Positions 1 through 12,301 of a DNA stretch of 64,000 nucleotides are shown piece by piece. Numbering within the stretch: the stretch's first letter is position 1; every line of letters starts with the position of its first letter. Both the position numbers and the translations under genes were made by a program. The DNA is from Cercozoa sp. M6MM. Taxonomy: Eukaryota > Protista > Endomyxa: Ascetosporea. The stretch is from NCBI GenBank assembly GCA_040357565.1, contig JBDODJ010000013.1; one strand, given 5' to 3'. The notes beneath the pieces are model-generated. The model was given only the letters and a program-made list of their open reading frames with translations. It was not told the origin of the DNA and did not search any database.

Positions 1-16
1 CCCCCCCCCCCGACAG

Positions 17-2212
17 TGGAGACGGAGGAGGTGTTGTCGTTGGACCGCGAAGCAACGTTGTTCTACGCGGGACACCCGTTGGGCAAGGTGAGTTTACCCC
101 CCCCCCCTTTGCCCCCCTGTTTACCCCCCCTTTACCCCCCTGTTTACCCCCCCCCCCCCCCCCCTGTTTACCCCCTACCCCTAGCGCCGCACGGTGACGC
201 TGCGACGCGACGCCGACTTCAGCGTTTCTCTGAGCAGCCGCGCGGACGGACCACTGCGCCGTTTCGACGTCGGCGGTTTCGAAGAGGCGCACGACGCCTT
301 CGGTCGGCGACTCGGCGTGCCCAAGGTCGCCGTGGTCTTCGAGCCGCAGACCAACGGGTGCGTGCGGTTTTACCCCCTGTTTACCCCCCTGTTTACCCCC
401 CCCCCCGGCAGTCTGCTGCGCGTGGTGAAGGCAACGGCGTCGTGGGACGAGACGATTCTGGTGCCGCTGGAGAAGCCCAAGAAGCAGCAGTCCGCCAAGA
501 ACGAAACCGAATCCGAGGAAGCTTCTGAGAAGGCTCCCGGAACTGAAGAACAAGATGAGAAGAACACTGAAGAAACCGAACAGGAACACGAGGAACCCGA
601 AATGATCGAGAAACTCGTGAAGCGCAAGGTGCGTTTGTTTTTATTTTTATTTCTTCTACTTTTTGGTTTTTCTACATTCGCGCGGATGGATGTTTTTGCT
701 TTTGTTTGACAGTTCCCGCTCACGGTCAAGTCGACGACTTTGACGGCGATCCGTCCGTTGTCACAGGAGGCGCGTGTTGCTGCACTCGAGACGCTGCAGC
801 ACTTCCGCGAACGCGATGCTGTACTTTTCTTTTGTTTGCTTTTTTTTTTTGCTTTTCCTTTTTTGCTTTTGCTTTAATAGTTTTTTAAGCGATGTGCATA
901 TTGATTGACTTGAAAGATCAGTTTTAGCAAAGTTTTGAGTTTCAAAGCAGCTTTAATCTTAGGTCACTTTGTTTTTGAAAGCTAACGTTCTTTTAAAGCT
1001 TTCAATTTGCTGACAGACAGCTTGACTGGATGTTTTACTTTGCAGGAGACGCGTCGCATCGCAGCTGCCAAGAACACGTATGTTGTGCATTTGAATGTGG
1101 TGCCATACATATGTATTTTGTCTGCTGTAAATGTAAATGTGCACAGACTGGAGTCGTTTATTTACGAGCATCGCTCGCGTCTCTCGGACGAGGATGAGGT
1201 CGGTTCTTTCAAACTCAGTTTTGTGACTGTTAAGGGAGTATATTTTGTTTCAACAGGACTTGGGCAGCGTGTCCACGGAGGAGGAACGCGACTCGCTTGT
1301 CGAACTTTTGAACGGTGCGACTGCTTTCATCAGTTGTGCTTTTTTAATGTGAAGAGTCAAAACTTGTGCTTTCAGACGCGGAGGATTGGCTCGAGGACCA
1401 GCACTCGGTGGACAACACGTAGGCTTTACCTCCTCCTTCTTGTCCCCTTTTACACCACGTTACACCCCCCCCCCCCCGTAGCGCCGACGTGTTCGACAGC
1501 AAGTTGGCAGAGTTGCGCAACGCGACGCGCCAAGTCGTCTTCCGCTTCAACGAGATCGACCTGCGCGAGTCGGTAAATTCTTGTGCTCTACAAATGGATT
1601 GCATTGTCGGACTACCTTGTGGATTTTGCTAAGGCTGCTGAGGAACTGCGCGACACTGTGACCCTGGCGCAGACGCTGATGACCAAGACTGCCGAGACGC
1701 GTCCCTGGGTCGAGCAGCAGCGCATCGACGATGTAGCTTCCCTATTACCCCCATTTATTCTCCCTACCCACCTCCTTACCCCTTCCCCCTACAGGTCCTG
1801 GAGGCGGCGAATGAAGCCGAAAAGTGGCTTGAAGAACAACTCGAACTGCAGGATCAGGCTGATGTATTTTTTGTTTTTTCTGCATCCGCGCGGACTCAAT
1901 TTGTGTGTGCTCAGTCGCGCGCAGACCCAGTGGTGACGTCGGCGGACATTGCGGCCAAGTCGGCGTCGCTGCGGTCGCGTGCCACGCGCACGTCACGCAC
2001 GCGCAAGCCGCGTGACTGGGACAAGCAGCAGAAGGAGAAGGGTACACATTGTGTGTGCCTTCCCATTGAGGCACATCCACTGATGTGTGTGCGTGTGTGC
2101 AGAGGATGCCCAGAAGTCAGCGGAGGAGAGTGAAGAAGCGCACGACTCGACTGAAGCCCAAACCGAGGACGAAGAGACTGCTGAGACCGAGGAGGAGAAG
2201 CAGGAACTCTAA
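17..2212 (+). CDS. HYOU1: ER Hsp70-family nucleotide exchange factor (Grp170/HYOU1/Lhs1), 3' part; 5' end lies outside the window; multi-exon
   Basis: Spliced exons give 'ETRRIAAAKNTLESFIYEHRSRL', 'AEDWLED' and 'EAEKWLEEQ...DPVVTSADI', typical of the Hsp110/Grp170 C-terminal helical region. There is an acidic insert, and the protein ends EEEKQEL* (TAA 2210-2212), a KDEL-like signal. Confidence 0.82.
88..410 (+). repeat. Intronic degenerate (GTTTAC-Cn-T) repeats in two adjacent introns (88-184 and about 358-410)
   Basis: About 6 plus 3 units of gtttaccccc(c)n t with variable C-run length, inside GT...AG introns. Confidence 0.85.
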
Positions 2213-2289
2213 ATTAACGCAGTGGAGTAGTATTATAATTAGCTGTTTGTTTCGCTCCGCTAAAGTTCAGCTTTTCAGTTCGGTTTCGG

Positions 2290-5200
2290 TTACTTGGAGC
2301 GCTGCTTCTTGGCCGATGGCTCCTGCACGTCCTCATCCTCCTCAGCGGCATCTGCGTCCTCGCTGGCGGGTCGCTTGGCGCGCTTGGTGCCTTGACCGGG
2401 CTGGTTGACGTACAGACGATTAAATTCGGCCTTGTTGATACTGCATTGGAACGTTCGGAAGCGTGAAATAGGACAGTTTTTGGAAGGAAGAAAACGTGAA
2501 CGCACACGACAGGCAGCTCGTCGTCGGTGCAGCGTTCCAGCAGCAGCACGGACTCGCAGTGCTCGCAGTGCGGGAACAAGTCAGCGGCCACACAGCGCAC
2601 GGCACGGAACGGCCGGCCGCGAGTTTTGTTGGACTCGGGACGCATCAGCGTTTCACACTGCCAAACGACTCACATTAGAAAAATCACTCTGTTTTTTTTC
2701 GGGAAAGTGCATGTTACATCCTTGGCGCACGAGTCCGGGTTACACGACACGTAAACGATGCGACGGAGCGACGACTCACGCAGCGCACGCAGCACCGAGG
2801 CGTGCAGACCCGGGCGCGGCGGGTCGACCACAGCGACGTGCTGCAGCGACTCGTCGGCCAGCAGCTCACGAGCGTCGGCCGGCGTGAAGCGCTAAACGAA
2901 ACACTCACTTCACTTTGAAAAACATTGAACGCAAAAAGGAAGTACTAAACACACTAAAAAGGAAACTCAAAGCAGAGAACCCAAAGCAAAAGCGCGAAAA
3001 CAAAGGTTAAAGATGCAGGATACAGGCTCGCCATCAGCGTGCGTCTTGCTGTTGTCCTCAGATTCGTTGTGCTTGCCACGCACCAGCACACGCTCAGCTG
3101 TCTCGCAACAGACAAAATATATCACTGCCCGCGCGGATGCAGCAAAACACAAAAAAAGAGATACCGGGACCAGCGACAAAGTGCGCATTCTCGATCTTGT
3201 TGCGCTTGGCGTTGCGTCGCGCGTCCTCGACAGCAGCAGGCACAATGTCGACACCAACAACAGTCTTAACTCGGTCGGCTAGCACCAGACCGATCGTACC
3301 TGTGCAAAAAAAAACAAGCATGCCCAAGTTGCATTATTTTTGGCAGCAGATAAGGCAGATGGTACCAGTGCCACAGCACACATCCCACAGCACCGTCTTT
3401 TTGGCCTGAAACACATCGAGAAATTGAACTTAATTCGCCAAAAGAAAGCAGAAACGATCAAACGAACCTTATCAGCTTCTTCGTTCGGCACAACGAGATC
3501 GCCAACAAGCGAGTACAGCTTTTCTGCCGCGGGTGTATTGACCTAAAGCAGTCAAACCGTCATACTCGGTCCACGGGTCAAACTGAGTTCGTCCGCGTGG
3601 GGAGGCTACCTGGAAGAAAGAATCCGGCGAGATGTCAAAGTCGCGTCCGTTCATGCGCTCAGCGATAGTTTCCTGTTCCAGAAAACAAATTATTTAAGAC
3701 GATAATTAAAAAAAAAGGGTGCTTGAGGTGAATAAAGGGCAGAGGATATTAAAGGGGGCTACCTGGCCATGGATGAGAGTGGTAACAGCCTCCTCGTCGG
3801 CGACGGTGCTGACGCCGTTGTGCTCCTGCAGGTAGACACTGACGATAGCGGCCTGACCGGTCTCCTCCGCGCGGATGTACTGCTCCTGCTGGTCATCGCG
3901 CGGCACGAACATGTCGGCGCCCTGTGCCTGCCGAGCGGCGACATCGGCGGCGTAGCCAGCGCGCAGCGCCTGCGTCATCGCGTCCGACTGCACCGCGCGA
4001 AGGAAGTGCTCCTTCAGCGAGTCCACCTTAATCTTGCTCGTCTTGGCTTGCAGCTACTCGAAGAGAGGGAGGGTTAGAGGTGTCGGGAGAGGGGCAGGGG
4101 GGTAAATTCACCATGAGCATGACCTGGCCAGCACGCGTGACTCGCACCATGAGGTTGCGCAGACAGCCACTGCGCAGGAACGGGTGGTACGGCGTGCGCA
4201 GCTTCGCGTCCACGTCGCTGTTCTCCAGGAACTCCGTCTGCAGCACGCGCGCGATCGCCAGCGCACTGCGCGGAGCCGGCAGCACACTGGGGGGCATGGG
4301 GTAAAGGGGATAACGTGCAGGGCCAGAGGGGATTTAAAGGGAGTGAGAGGGGGTAAACTACTCGTCCGGACGACCAACGGCACAGATACCGTCGGCGGTG
4401 CGGCCGCGCATACTGTCAAACAAGGCATACAAGTTACAAGGTAGAGTAGAGGTAGTGGCAGTAGTAAGAGAGTAAGGCAGTCGTGTATGATAGACAGTAT
4501 TGTATGTAGAGACAGTGTATGCAGAGAAAGTAGTGTATAGACACAGTAGTGTATAGTATAGACAGTAGTGTACAAGCCAAGCACGGGCGCCTTGGACTCG
4601 GGCTCGATGCCAAAGGTGAACTCGACCTTGTTGCGGTAGTGTGCCAGCTGCGGCGACGGCACCGGGCCCTCCACGTTGACCACAGGCGTCCGCGCGTACT
4701 GCTGCGTCATCCACGGGTACTGCGCAAGCAGGAACAGACAGGCTTGTTTGAGGCACTCGACATTAAACAGCAGTACCTTGAACTTGCGCGTGTGCTGCTC
4801 TTGGGTGCTCTTGTCAAGCTCGTGCTTCTTGAGGTCCATCAGACGGCGCTGCAGGCCGGCCATGGCTTTGAAGACAATACGACGCTTGCGACGCTAGGTT
4901 TGGGGCCAAGTCATGGTGCCAAATGGAGGACAGGCACACGTGCCAAGTGGTACCAACTGACGCGGGTCGTACTCCGTGTCCTGCAGCGGCGCCACGGCAT
5001 GCGCAGCACTCGGCAGCTCGGCTGCCGGCTTCTTGGACTCCTGGCGCGACTGCTTGGACTGCGCGCGCTTGGCCTCGTGCTTAGTGGCATCCCAGTCCAC
5101 CAGGCCGAACTTCTTGACTCGCTTCATCTGGTTGGCCGGCACGCGACTCACGCGGATGCGTGCGCGCGAGCTCTGGTAACCATACCATACTTAATTATTT

Positions 5201-5590
5201 TTTGCCACCCCCTTAACAGTTAACAGACACTACACGAGCTACCTTGACTTTGCCGATACGCGTAAACGCTGCCTTGGCCGTCTCCATCGACGCCTCATCG
5301 GCGAATTCGAGAAAGGCCTGGGCACCTTTCGGCCGCTTCAGCATGCGCTGGCAATCCACACCTGTGCAGCACATGAGTCGAGATGATGCCCCCCCCCCCA
5401 CCATCAGAAGAGACATAGTGTACCCTCCTTGATTAGCAGGTCGCCCAGGTGATTGTTGGTCCAAAACACTGCACAGACCCACCCAAGTACCTCATGGTCA
5501 CACCCAAACACAAACAAAAGACGTACTGGGCAAATTGTTCACTTTGAGCACGAGGGGCTCCGTCGATGCGGAAGCAGATGACTCAGACAT
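2290..5590 (-). CDS. TRMT2A: tRNA (uracil-5-)-methyltransferase, TRM2/TRMT2A family, with N-terminal RRM-like region; multi-exon
   Basis: Motifs YRNKVEFTFG, FDISPDSFFQVN, the SAM-binding WDVCCGTGTIG, VGVDIVPAAVEDARRNA, VDPPRPGL, VYVSCNP and DLFPHCEHCESV. ATG at 5590; stop at 2290. Confidence 0.92.
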
Positions 5591-5820
5591 GTCTTTACAC
5601 TCCGTTACGCACTCGATCAAACGAAAACTCAAGCGAACTACAGTTTAAACCACTGTGAGACACCGCGCGCGCGCTCTGCAATGCCAAAAACAGCTCAAGT
5701 GTTCTATCGACTCGAAAAACCATGAGCCCATACACGAAACTCATTAGACTGTAGTATTTTATGTGCTTGACGTGTGTGTGCCGATGTGTGCACATAAGTC
5801 AATCGAGCGGTTACTAAAGC

Positions 5821-8784
5821 ATGTGCCGTCTGTTCCGCGATTTCCCATCATGATGCCAGTAAATTAGGTGTATTTTCCTGTTGGACGGTCATGTAATTTT
5901 CGCTGTGAAACCGTCCAGGTGGAACTGCCGCAGCTACTGATGGCATCAACTTCTCTGATGGTGCACGTGGGTCAGCCAGGAACAGTGATGGCCACAGACA
6001 CAGCGTTGCAGCGGCGCGATGCGTTGTTTGTGGACTCGTATTTTCCTGCTTCCGCGATCTGTCCCCCAAAATACCCTGACTGACTTTCGTATTTGACAGG
6101 CCATCACCAGATCTGCACACTTGCGTTTTAAGCGATGTAGTTTTACTCAGTTTGGTTGATCAGTTTGGGGTAGAATTAGATCGACACTTTTGAGCAGGTT
6201 CAGCGAGCGCTGCATGCCGATCCGCTTTTGCTGCACCGATGGCATCTGCGCATGCTGCACGCTTTGGATTCGCCTGCTCTATACGAAATCGACGATTCTG
6301 CAGAGATCAGACTGAGTGATCTGGCACAGGACCAGACACTCGCCAAGAGGGTCCTTTTTCAGCTCAGTTTTAAAGTTTATCTTTCACTTTGTCTGATCGA
6401 CTTTGATCCCGTGTTCAGATAGCAACAAGGTTGTCCGAGGCCGACGAAAGCGACGCTGTTTTTGTTTCTACACTTGTTCAAACTGCCGCCAAGAAGTGTC
6501 CACGTAGGCTGGATGTCTGACTGGTGAATAGCGGTGACTGATTTGTGGTTTGCTCAGCTCGTTGGGCTGATCGCACAAGGCGACTGAAGCGCATTTCGCG
6601 CGCTTTGGCTTCAGTTTCGCATTCCGAAATTTCGGCTTATCTACTGGTAGAGTGGGCCTTCGGTTGTTCGGTTTGCTTTGTGCAACGATGCTGTGCATGG
6701 GCAGGACCGATCGCTGGAAGCAGCGATCAGTCGAAATCTCGATCTCGTCACTGAGGGCGAAGTACGTCATTTTTGGCACATTCAGCGTTCAATTGTGTTG
6801 TCTAGAATAGCTGTTGCTTTTGGTTTGGTTGGACAGCATGACATCCTCGTGCATACGTGGCTCCCGATTCGCGAGATCGTGCTGTGTGCAAGCAATGATG
6901 CTGCCTTCGGTGAGATGATGCAGTCACTGCGGGTGACCGCAATGGCGAATGTGCTCGCAACACAAGGTACCACATGAAATCGGAGCGAACTGCAGTGTTT
7001 CTTATGTTGTGTGTGTTGGCACAGAAGAGAAAAGAGGCACAGCGCTGCACTTGAGCGAGTTGCAGCGACTCCAGTTGGTCGCACTGTTCGACCGACTGCA
7101 GTGCTTCTGGCTGGATCGCGTCGCCTCTGTCGTTCCGGCCGCCTATGGTGCAGCAGCTTTGTTTCTTTGAGTCTTTTCGTTCTGGGTATTCTTGTTTGTG
7201 TGTGGCCACAGGCATGCGGATAGCGCGTCTGCTGTGGCCGATGCTGCGACGGCAGGAAGAGATGCTTAGCTTAGTGCCGGACAACCTGTCGGAAGAGACT
7301 CGTTTTATGCGGCTTTCACAGGCGCTGTCGAGCACATTTGTCTATCGGATACTCACCGAGAGACATCAGTACGCAACACTGCCCGACGACTGTGTGGTAG
7401 GACTGCATGTTTTTCTATTGTTGAAAGCACAAGTTTCCGAGCACAGAAGGTCGTGACACCCGCTTCGGTCCTGAGTGATTTCGGACTGCGATGGGCACTG
7501 CCGTCGTGGCCGAAACTAGAGATGTTTGAAAGTACGTGGTTGCTTGCTTGCTTTGGGGACTACTTTTTCGTTACTGCTGATTGTAGATGAGAAGGAAGAG
7601 GCGCCACCCTTGCTTCACATGTCGCTTCTGGCACTGCAGGCACTTCCGATCATCGATTCGTTGTACTGGGCGTCGCAGATGCGGTACCCTTGTCGGTTTT
7701 GTACATTTTGCCTCCTTTTCATACCTCCTTTGTCCTTGAACATAGAGAATTGAGAACGCGAAAAGAAATCGTCAAATGGGTCGACGACGGCCTCAACCTA
7801 CACTTGTAGCTTTCTCTGCCAGACCGATTTCAGCAGATGTGTATATATGTGAGCATGTCTTGTGTGTATGCGGTGTATGAGCAGAAAGCGACTGTACCGA
7901 TTCGTGCTGCCCGAAGGCGGCAAACCTCCGGTCGATTCGGCACTTTCCGAACTTGCATCGGCGGTGTTTATCTTTTTTCTTCTCCCGAAGTATCACTCAA
8001 AGAACTCTCTCTTTTTGGCAGTTGACGACACTGCAAAAAGCACTCGAAAGGAACATGTTCATTCGGATGTACGTGCACCTGCCCGAGTACACGCTGCAGG
8101 TTTGCTCCCTCCCCCACCGACCCCTCCCCTTGTAATCCTTACCCCTCCCGTGTAGATTCGAAGACCAAAGCCGGGATGGGCTGGTGCCGAACTGCATGGC
8201 ACTCTGTGGCCGGTGCGTGTCTCTTGTTTCCGTACACTCGAGGGCGGTGAGTACAAATGATGTGTGCGTGACATGTGTAGGCGGCGTGCGATGCGTGTTT
8301 GTGGCTGTGCACGACGCAAGACCCGCGGAGGAACGCCAGAATTGTGTACGCGATGCGACTGGTTACAGCCAGCTTGTACAACACAGCCATGGACCGCACC
8401 AAGCTGATCGACTTTCTGCCTGCCCCGGTGCGTGCCGCTTGCCTCTTCTGTTTTCGGGGGTGTTTCTCTCTTTTGCTAAACTGCTCCAAGCAGAAACAGA
8501 AGGCGTCACACCGGCGAAAAGGCGTCGACGAAGTGTTGGAGGAGTTCCTGCTCTCCGTGCAGAACGACGAGAACACTGCGGAAAACGATGAATTTGAAAT
8601 TACGACTCCTGTTGCCGACAACTCCGGCTCGGAGACAACCGATCAGATTCTTCTCAGTGTCGCTGAGTCAAGTGACGTGATCGATTGTGACGATAAAAAC
8701 GAAGTGACCAAAAGCGACTCGAGTTCGGCGGAAGAACACGAACAGACGTCGGGACGGGGAGTCTTGGATCCGCTGCCTGAGTAG
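5821..8784 (+). CDS. Hypothetical protein, multi-exon, with an acidic low-complexity C-terminus; start uncertain
   Basis: Chain of + strand ORF fragments separated by GT-AG introns (e.g. 6678-6977, 7145-7456, 8299-8784). No recognisable motif. Confidence 0.55.
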
Positions 8785-9119
8785 TCGAGTTACTTCAGTC
8801 AGTCTACTAAGAAACCGACTTTATGCAGTTCCCCTCACCTGTCATGTACGGTACGGTACCAGTCCTGCGCTGGGTGGATCACAACCGAACGAAACGCATG
8901 GTTGGGTGTAACGTACAGCCGTATAGATGCGAGCACCCCCGAGAAGGGAACTGGAAGGCGTCGAGTTCATACTCTTAGTTGTTATTACAGTTTAGATAGT
9001 ATATTGTGGACTGAACTGTAGTGCTGTAGTGCACCGTAGGTCGAATAATACTCAGACCGACTGACTGTGCGAGCGGTGATTTCAAAAATACAGTATGTAT
9101 CAGCGCTTTAGTGTGAGCG

Positions 9120-10115
9120 CTACGACGAGCCAGAAAGAAGTGCCTCAATCTGCGATTTGGTGTCCGAGTCGGCAAAGGCAGCCACAACGTCGGGAACCAG
9201 TTGGCTGGAGTGCGAGAAGCCAGGCGGCTTCGCGGTTTTGTTGTCGGTGACCCACTGTGCTACGCTGTTCCAGACGACGTCTTCAATCTGCTGGGCCGTG
9301 GTTGTCTCGAGAGCTGCGAAGGAGATGCCAAGTGTCGGCAACTGCGCCGTCGTCAGTGGCTGCAGCACCTTAGACGACACCTGCAGCAGCGCATGTCGCT
9401 GGTTGCAGTCAGCATACAGCACGCGCGTCGGCATGCGCGTCTTGCCGAACTTGGCGTCTCCATCGAAAAGTACCTGCAGCTTTGTCAGTGCTGCTGTGTA
9501 GTCGTCCTCCTGACTGCAATGCTCCGGCTTGAGCACCAGCTTCAGCATGACGTCGTTCTGTTTCAGTTGATTTAATTGCAGTTGATTTATACTGTTTTTC
9601 GTACTGTATTTACTGAACATGTACAGTGATCATGAAAGAATGTGCTGGAGGTTACTTTCATGTGAAAGCAGTGCTGCGGGAAAAAGCGAGGACGCAGGCA
9701 GCGACCGGTAGCTACGCGCGCGTCCGAAGTGCGACACTCGTCGCCAAAGTTCGCCTTGAAGCACGGGAACATTGTCTTGATCGTTGTCGAGAACTCCTTC
9801 ACCGTGTCGCCCATCTGGTCCAAGATGGTGTCGAAACTCTTCTCCATGCGGTCGAAGCGATCCGTCGTTTTCTTCAACTGCTCCAGTTGCGAGTCGAAAA
9901 TTGCACTGCGCACATTGATCAGTTTCCAACAAACCTTTAGTGCTTTAAACTCACTCGAGAGTTGTTTCGTCCAAAACGATGGGCTTCTCGCCGACTGTCG
10001 CTTTCGCTTTCGCTCCGAGGTCGATTTCAACCACTTTCGGAACATGAGCTTTCACTTCGGAAGCCAAAGTGGAACCCAGGCACCCAACAACGGCGAGCCC
10101 GAGGAGACTGAGCAT
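9120..10115 (-). CDS. Putative secreted protein of unknown function
   Basis: ATG 10115 gives MLSLLGLAVVGCLGSTLA (signal-peptide-like). A GT-AG intron at about 9906-9954 joins it in frame to AIFDSQLEQLKKTT. The last exon ends ...LLSGSS* at 9120. Confidence 0.6.
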
Positions 10116-10582
10116 GTTTAAGTTTAAAGTATCGGAACAGTGAAAGTTCAAACGTTCAGTTGCGAAGAAGCGAACTGTACGAAACCGCAGAGTCCGGTCG
10201 TTTTGCCACGAAACTCCGCCGAGTTTCCCAACTGAAGTCAAAAGCCCGTTATTGATCAGTGCAGAATTACCAGTAGTGTATTTAGATGCCTGAACTCTGA
10301 GGTTTCAATGGTGCCAGCGGGGAAGTTACTGTACGGTACTCATAAGTGCCAAAAGTAATCGACCAATTATTAACTGAATAACTTAAATTTACTGTAAAAC
10401 TGACTTTTCCGCGCGGATGCACCAATATTTGAAAACGCGAACTGGAAAATGCCGGACTGTACAGTACGTACGGAGTGCAAACGTCAGTTTAACGCGAATT
10501 CTAATTGCAAATTTGATCTATAAGGCAAAGGCAAAGTGGCTAACCGTGCTATTTCTGGCTTTGTCGGCAATTTTCGCACCAG

Positions 10583-12111
10583 ATGGAACCAAAGGTAAGA
10601 ATTCTGGCTGAGAAACTGACTGGAAGATGTGATTCAGTTTTACGGCTGTCTGGCCTGTGGTTTGTCTCTGCAGACAGTTCGAATTCTCTGTGCGGCCATC
10701 TTTGCACTTCCGGTGGTCTACTGTTTCATCAGATGGTTGTTCGAGGTACGAACTGCGTGGAAAACGCGACTGTTGAGACGGCAAGCGCAAACACTCGCTT
10801 TTTGGAAGGACAAGCACGAAGCCAAAGTGCCTGTGAGCAAGTCTCACGACCAAGAGATGAATAAAGCAATTCGACTGTCAGTAGATGAAGACATTCAAGC
10901 AAATCCTGCCATGCGAACTCCACATGCGGCTGATCTGCTGTTTTCGCCTTCTCGAAGAAGGAAGAACGTGACTCCACAGAGCTCAAGCTGCGAAACCCCG
11001 CCGACCTCCATCACTCAATCTACTGGCAGTGCGGTCGGTAACGTTCAGCAGTCCGGGAGATCTCGAGCCTTTTCATTCGGTAGTCAAGCTTTAGGAGATA
11101 TGAACGTGCAAACTACGAGTTCAACCGAGGCAAGCAACTCCAGTTTAAGCCAAAGCACCGACAGCACACTGAGCACGATTTCGACTTCAACCGAAACGAC
11201 CAATGAAAGGACTACGACAATGCTTGTCTCAAAAGTTCCCTTCGCAAGTCGCGAAAAAACAAAAAACTCTGCAAGAGCAACAGCACCAACTGTCACAACG
11301 TTGCTTTTGCCGCCTTGTGCCTTTGTGTTGTGGCTTTCGCTCTGTTTGAACCCGAATCCGACGATGCAGACCGAAAAAAGCACTGACGTGGCCGAAGTTC
11401 TTCATTTGGTCTCGAGAGAGTTGTGCGTGCTGCTTTTTGTCTCAGTTGCAGCTGCCGTCGCTGCTTCAAGTTCGTCTGAGTCGGCGAAATTGCAGAACGA
11501 ATCGATTTGGCGACTGCGAACTCGCGTGAATGTGCTTCGCTGTCTTGCGATTGCGACAGCTGTCGGTGTCGCCAGTTGCTTCGTGCGTGCGGGTGCTTTG
11601 TGTTTCGGGTGGAACGCCTGGCCTTCGGTTCGTTTGGCGTTGGTGCTGTGTGCGTTCGTGGTGGCTTTGAGCTGCTTCGGCGCAGTTTACTGCGCCTCGC
11701 ACTTTGCCGGCAGCACGAAAGCAACGCTCTGGATGGGCTTTCTTGCTTCCTTCGTGCTTCTGGCAGCTGTGGCTATTGGCGTCTGGTGCGTCGTTGAAAC
11801 AAACGAAACGGTGCAACAAATTCGGTATTGCTTTATAAAAACAAACAAGTTTTTAGTATTTTCACTCCACGTGTTGTGACAGCGACATCCGACTTTACAA
11901 CCAGCAGAAAAAGTGGCAAGCTGTCTTTGGCCCTCACAATTTGCACAATGTGACAGATCAGGCCAAGACAAACGCCATGTGGACCGCAACGCCCGATACA
12001 GCACCCCTGTGGTATCCGGTTTTCGACCTGGCGTTTCTTGCAGTCGCCACAATCAGCGCAGGAGCATCACTAACAAAGCGGGCGCCCCACCAAGTCAGTG
12101 TAGAGTATTAG
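10583..12111 (+). CDS. Hypothetical multi-pass membrane protein with an S/T-rich loop
   Basis: 416-aa ORF 10629-11879 with one N-terminal and about 5 C-terminal hydrophobic segments. Short flanking exons join through GT-AG introns; TAG at 12109-12111. Confidence 0.6.
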
Positions 12112-12301
12112 ATCATGCGTAAAACTACTTGCTACGAGACTAGAAGACCAATCCGGAATCGTCGCGAACATTGAGCATGCAAGCCTGTCCAAACGGTTTT
12201 GCTCGGCGAGGGACCCGGGCACTTGGTGTTTGTACCGTGAATTAACGTGTGTATGTGCGTGCGCACGTAGGTTACACAGATATCAGGGTTGTAAGAGGCC
12301 G

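Noticed and set aside
1-410. Telomere at the window start
   Set aside because: The C-rich repeats sit inside GT-AG introns of an intact gene, and the same motif occurs in opposite orientation in the next gene.
16-528. Proline-rich ORF (PPVYPP repeats)
   Set aside because: It is a translation of C-rich introns; the spliced frame gives HYOU1.
4549-5223. 224-aa plus-strand ORF and similar antisense ORFs
   Set aside because: Antisense to GC-rich TRMT2A exons, with no independent motif or splice support.
8790-9110. Possible ncRNA in an unusually long convergent intergenic region
   Set aside because: No tRNA cloverleaf and no snRNA, SRP or snoRNA box pattern I can support; an Infernal/Rfam scan would be needed.
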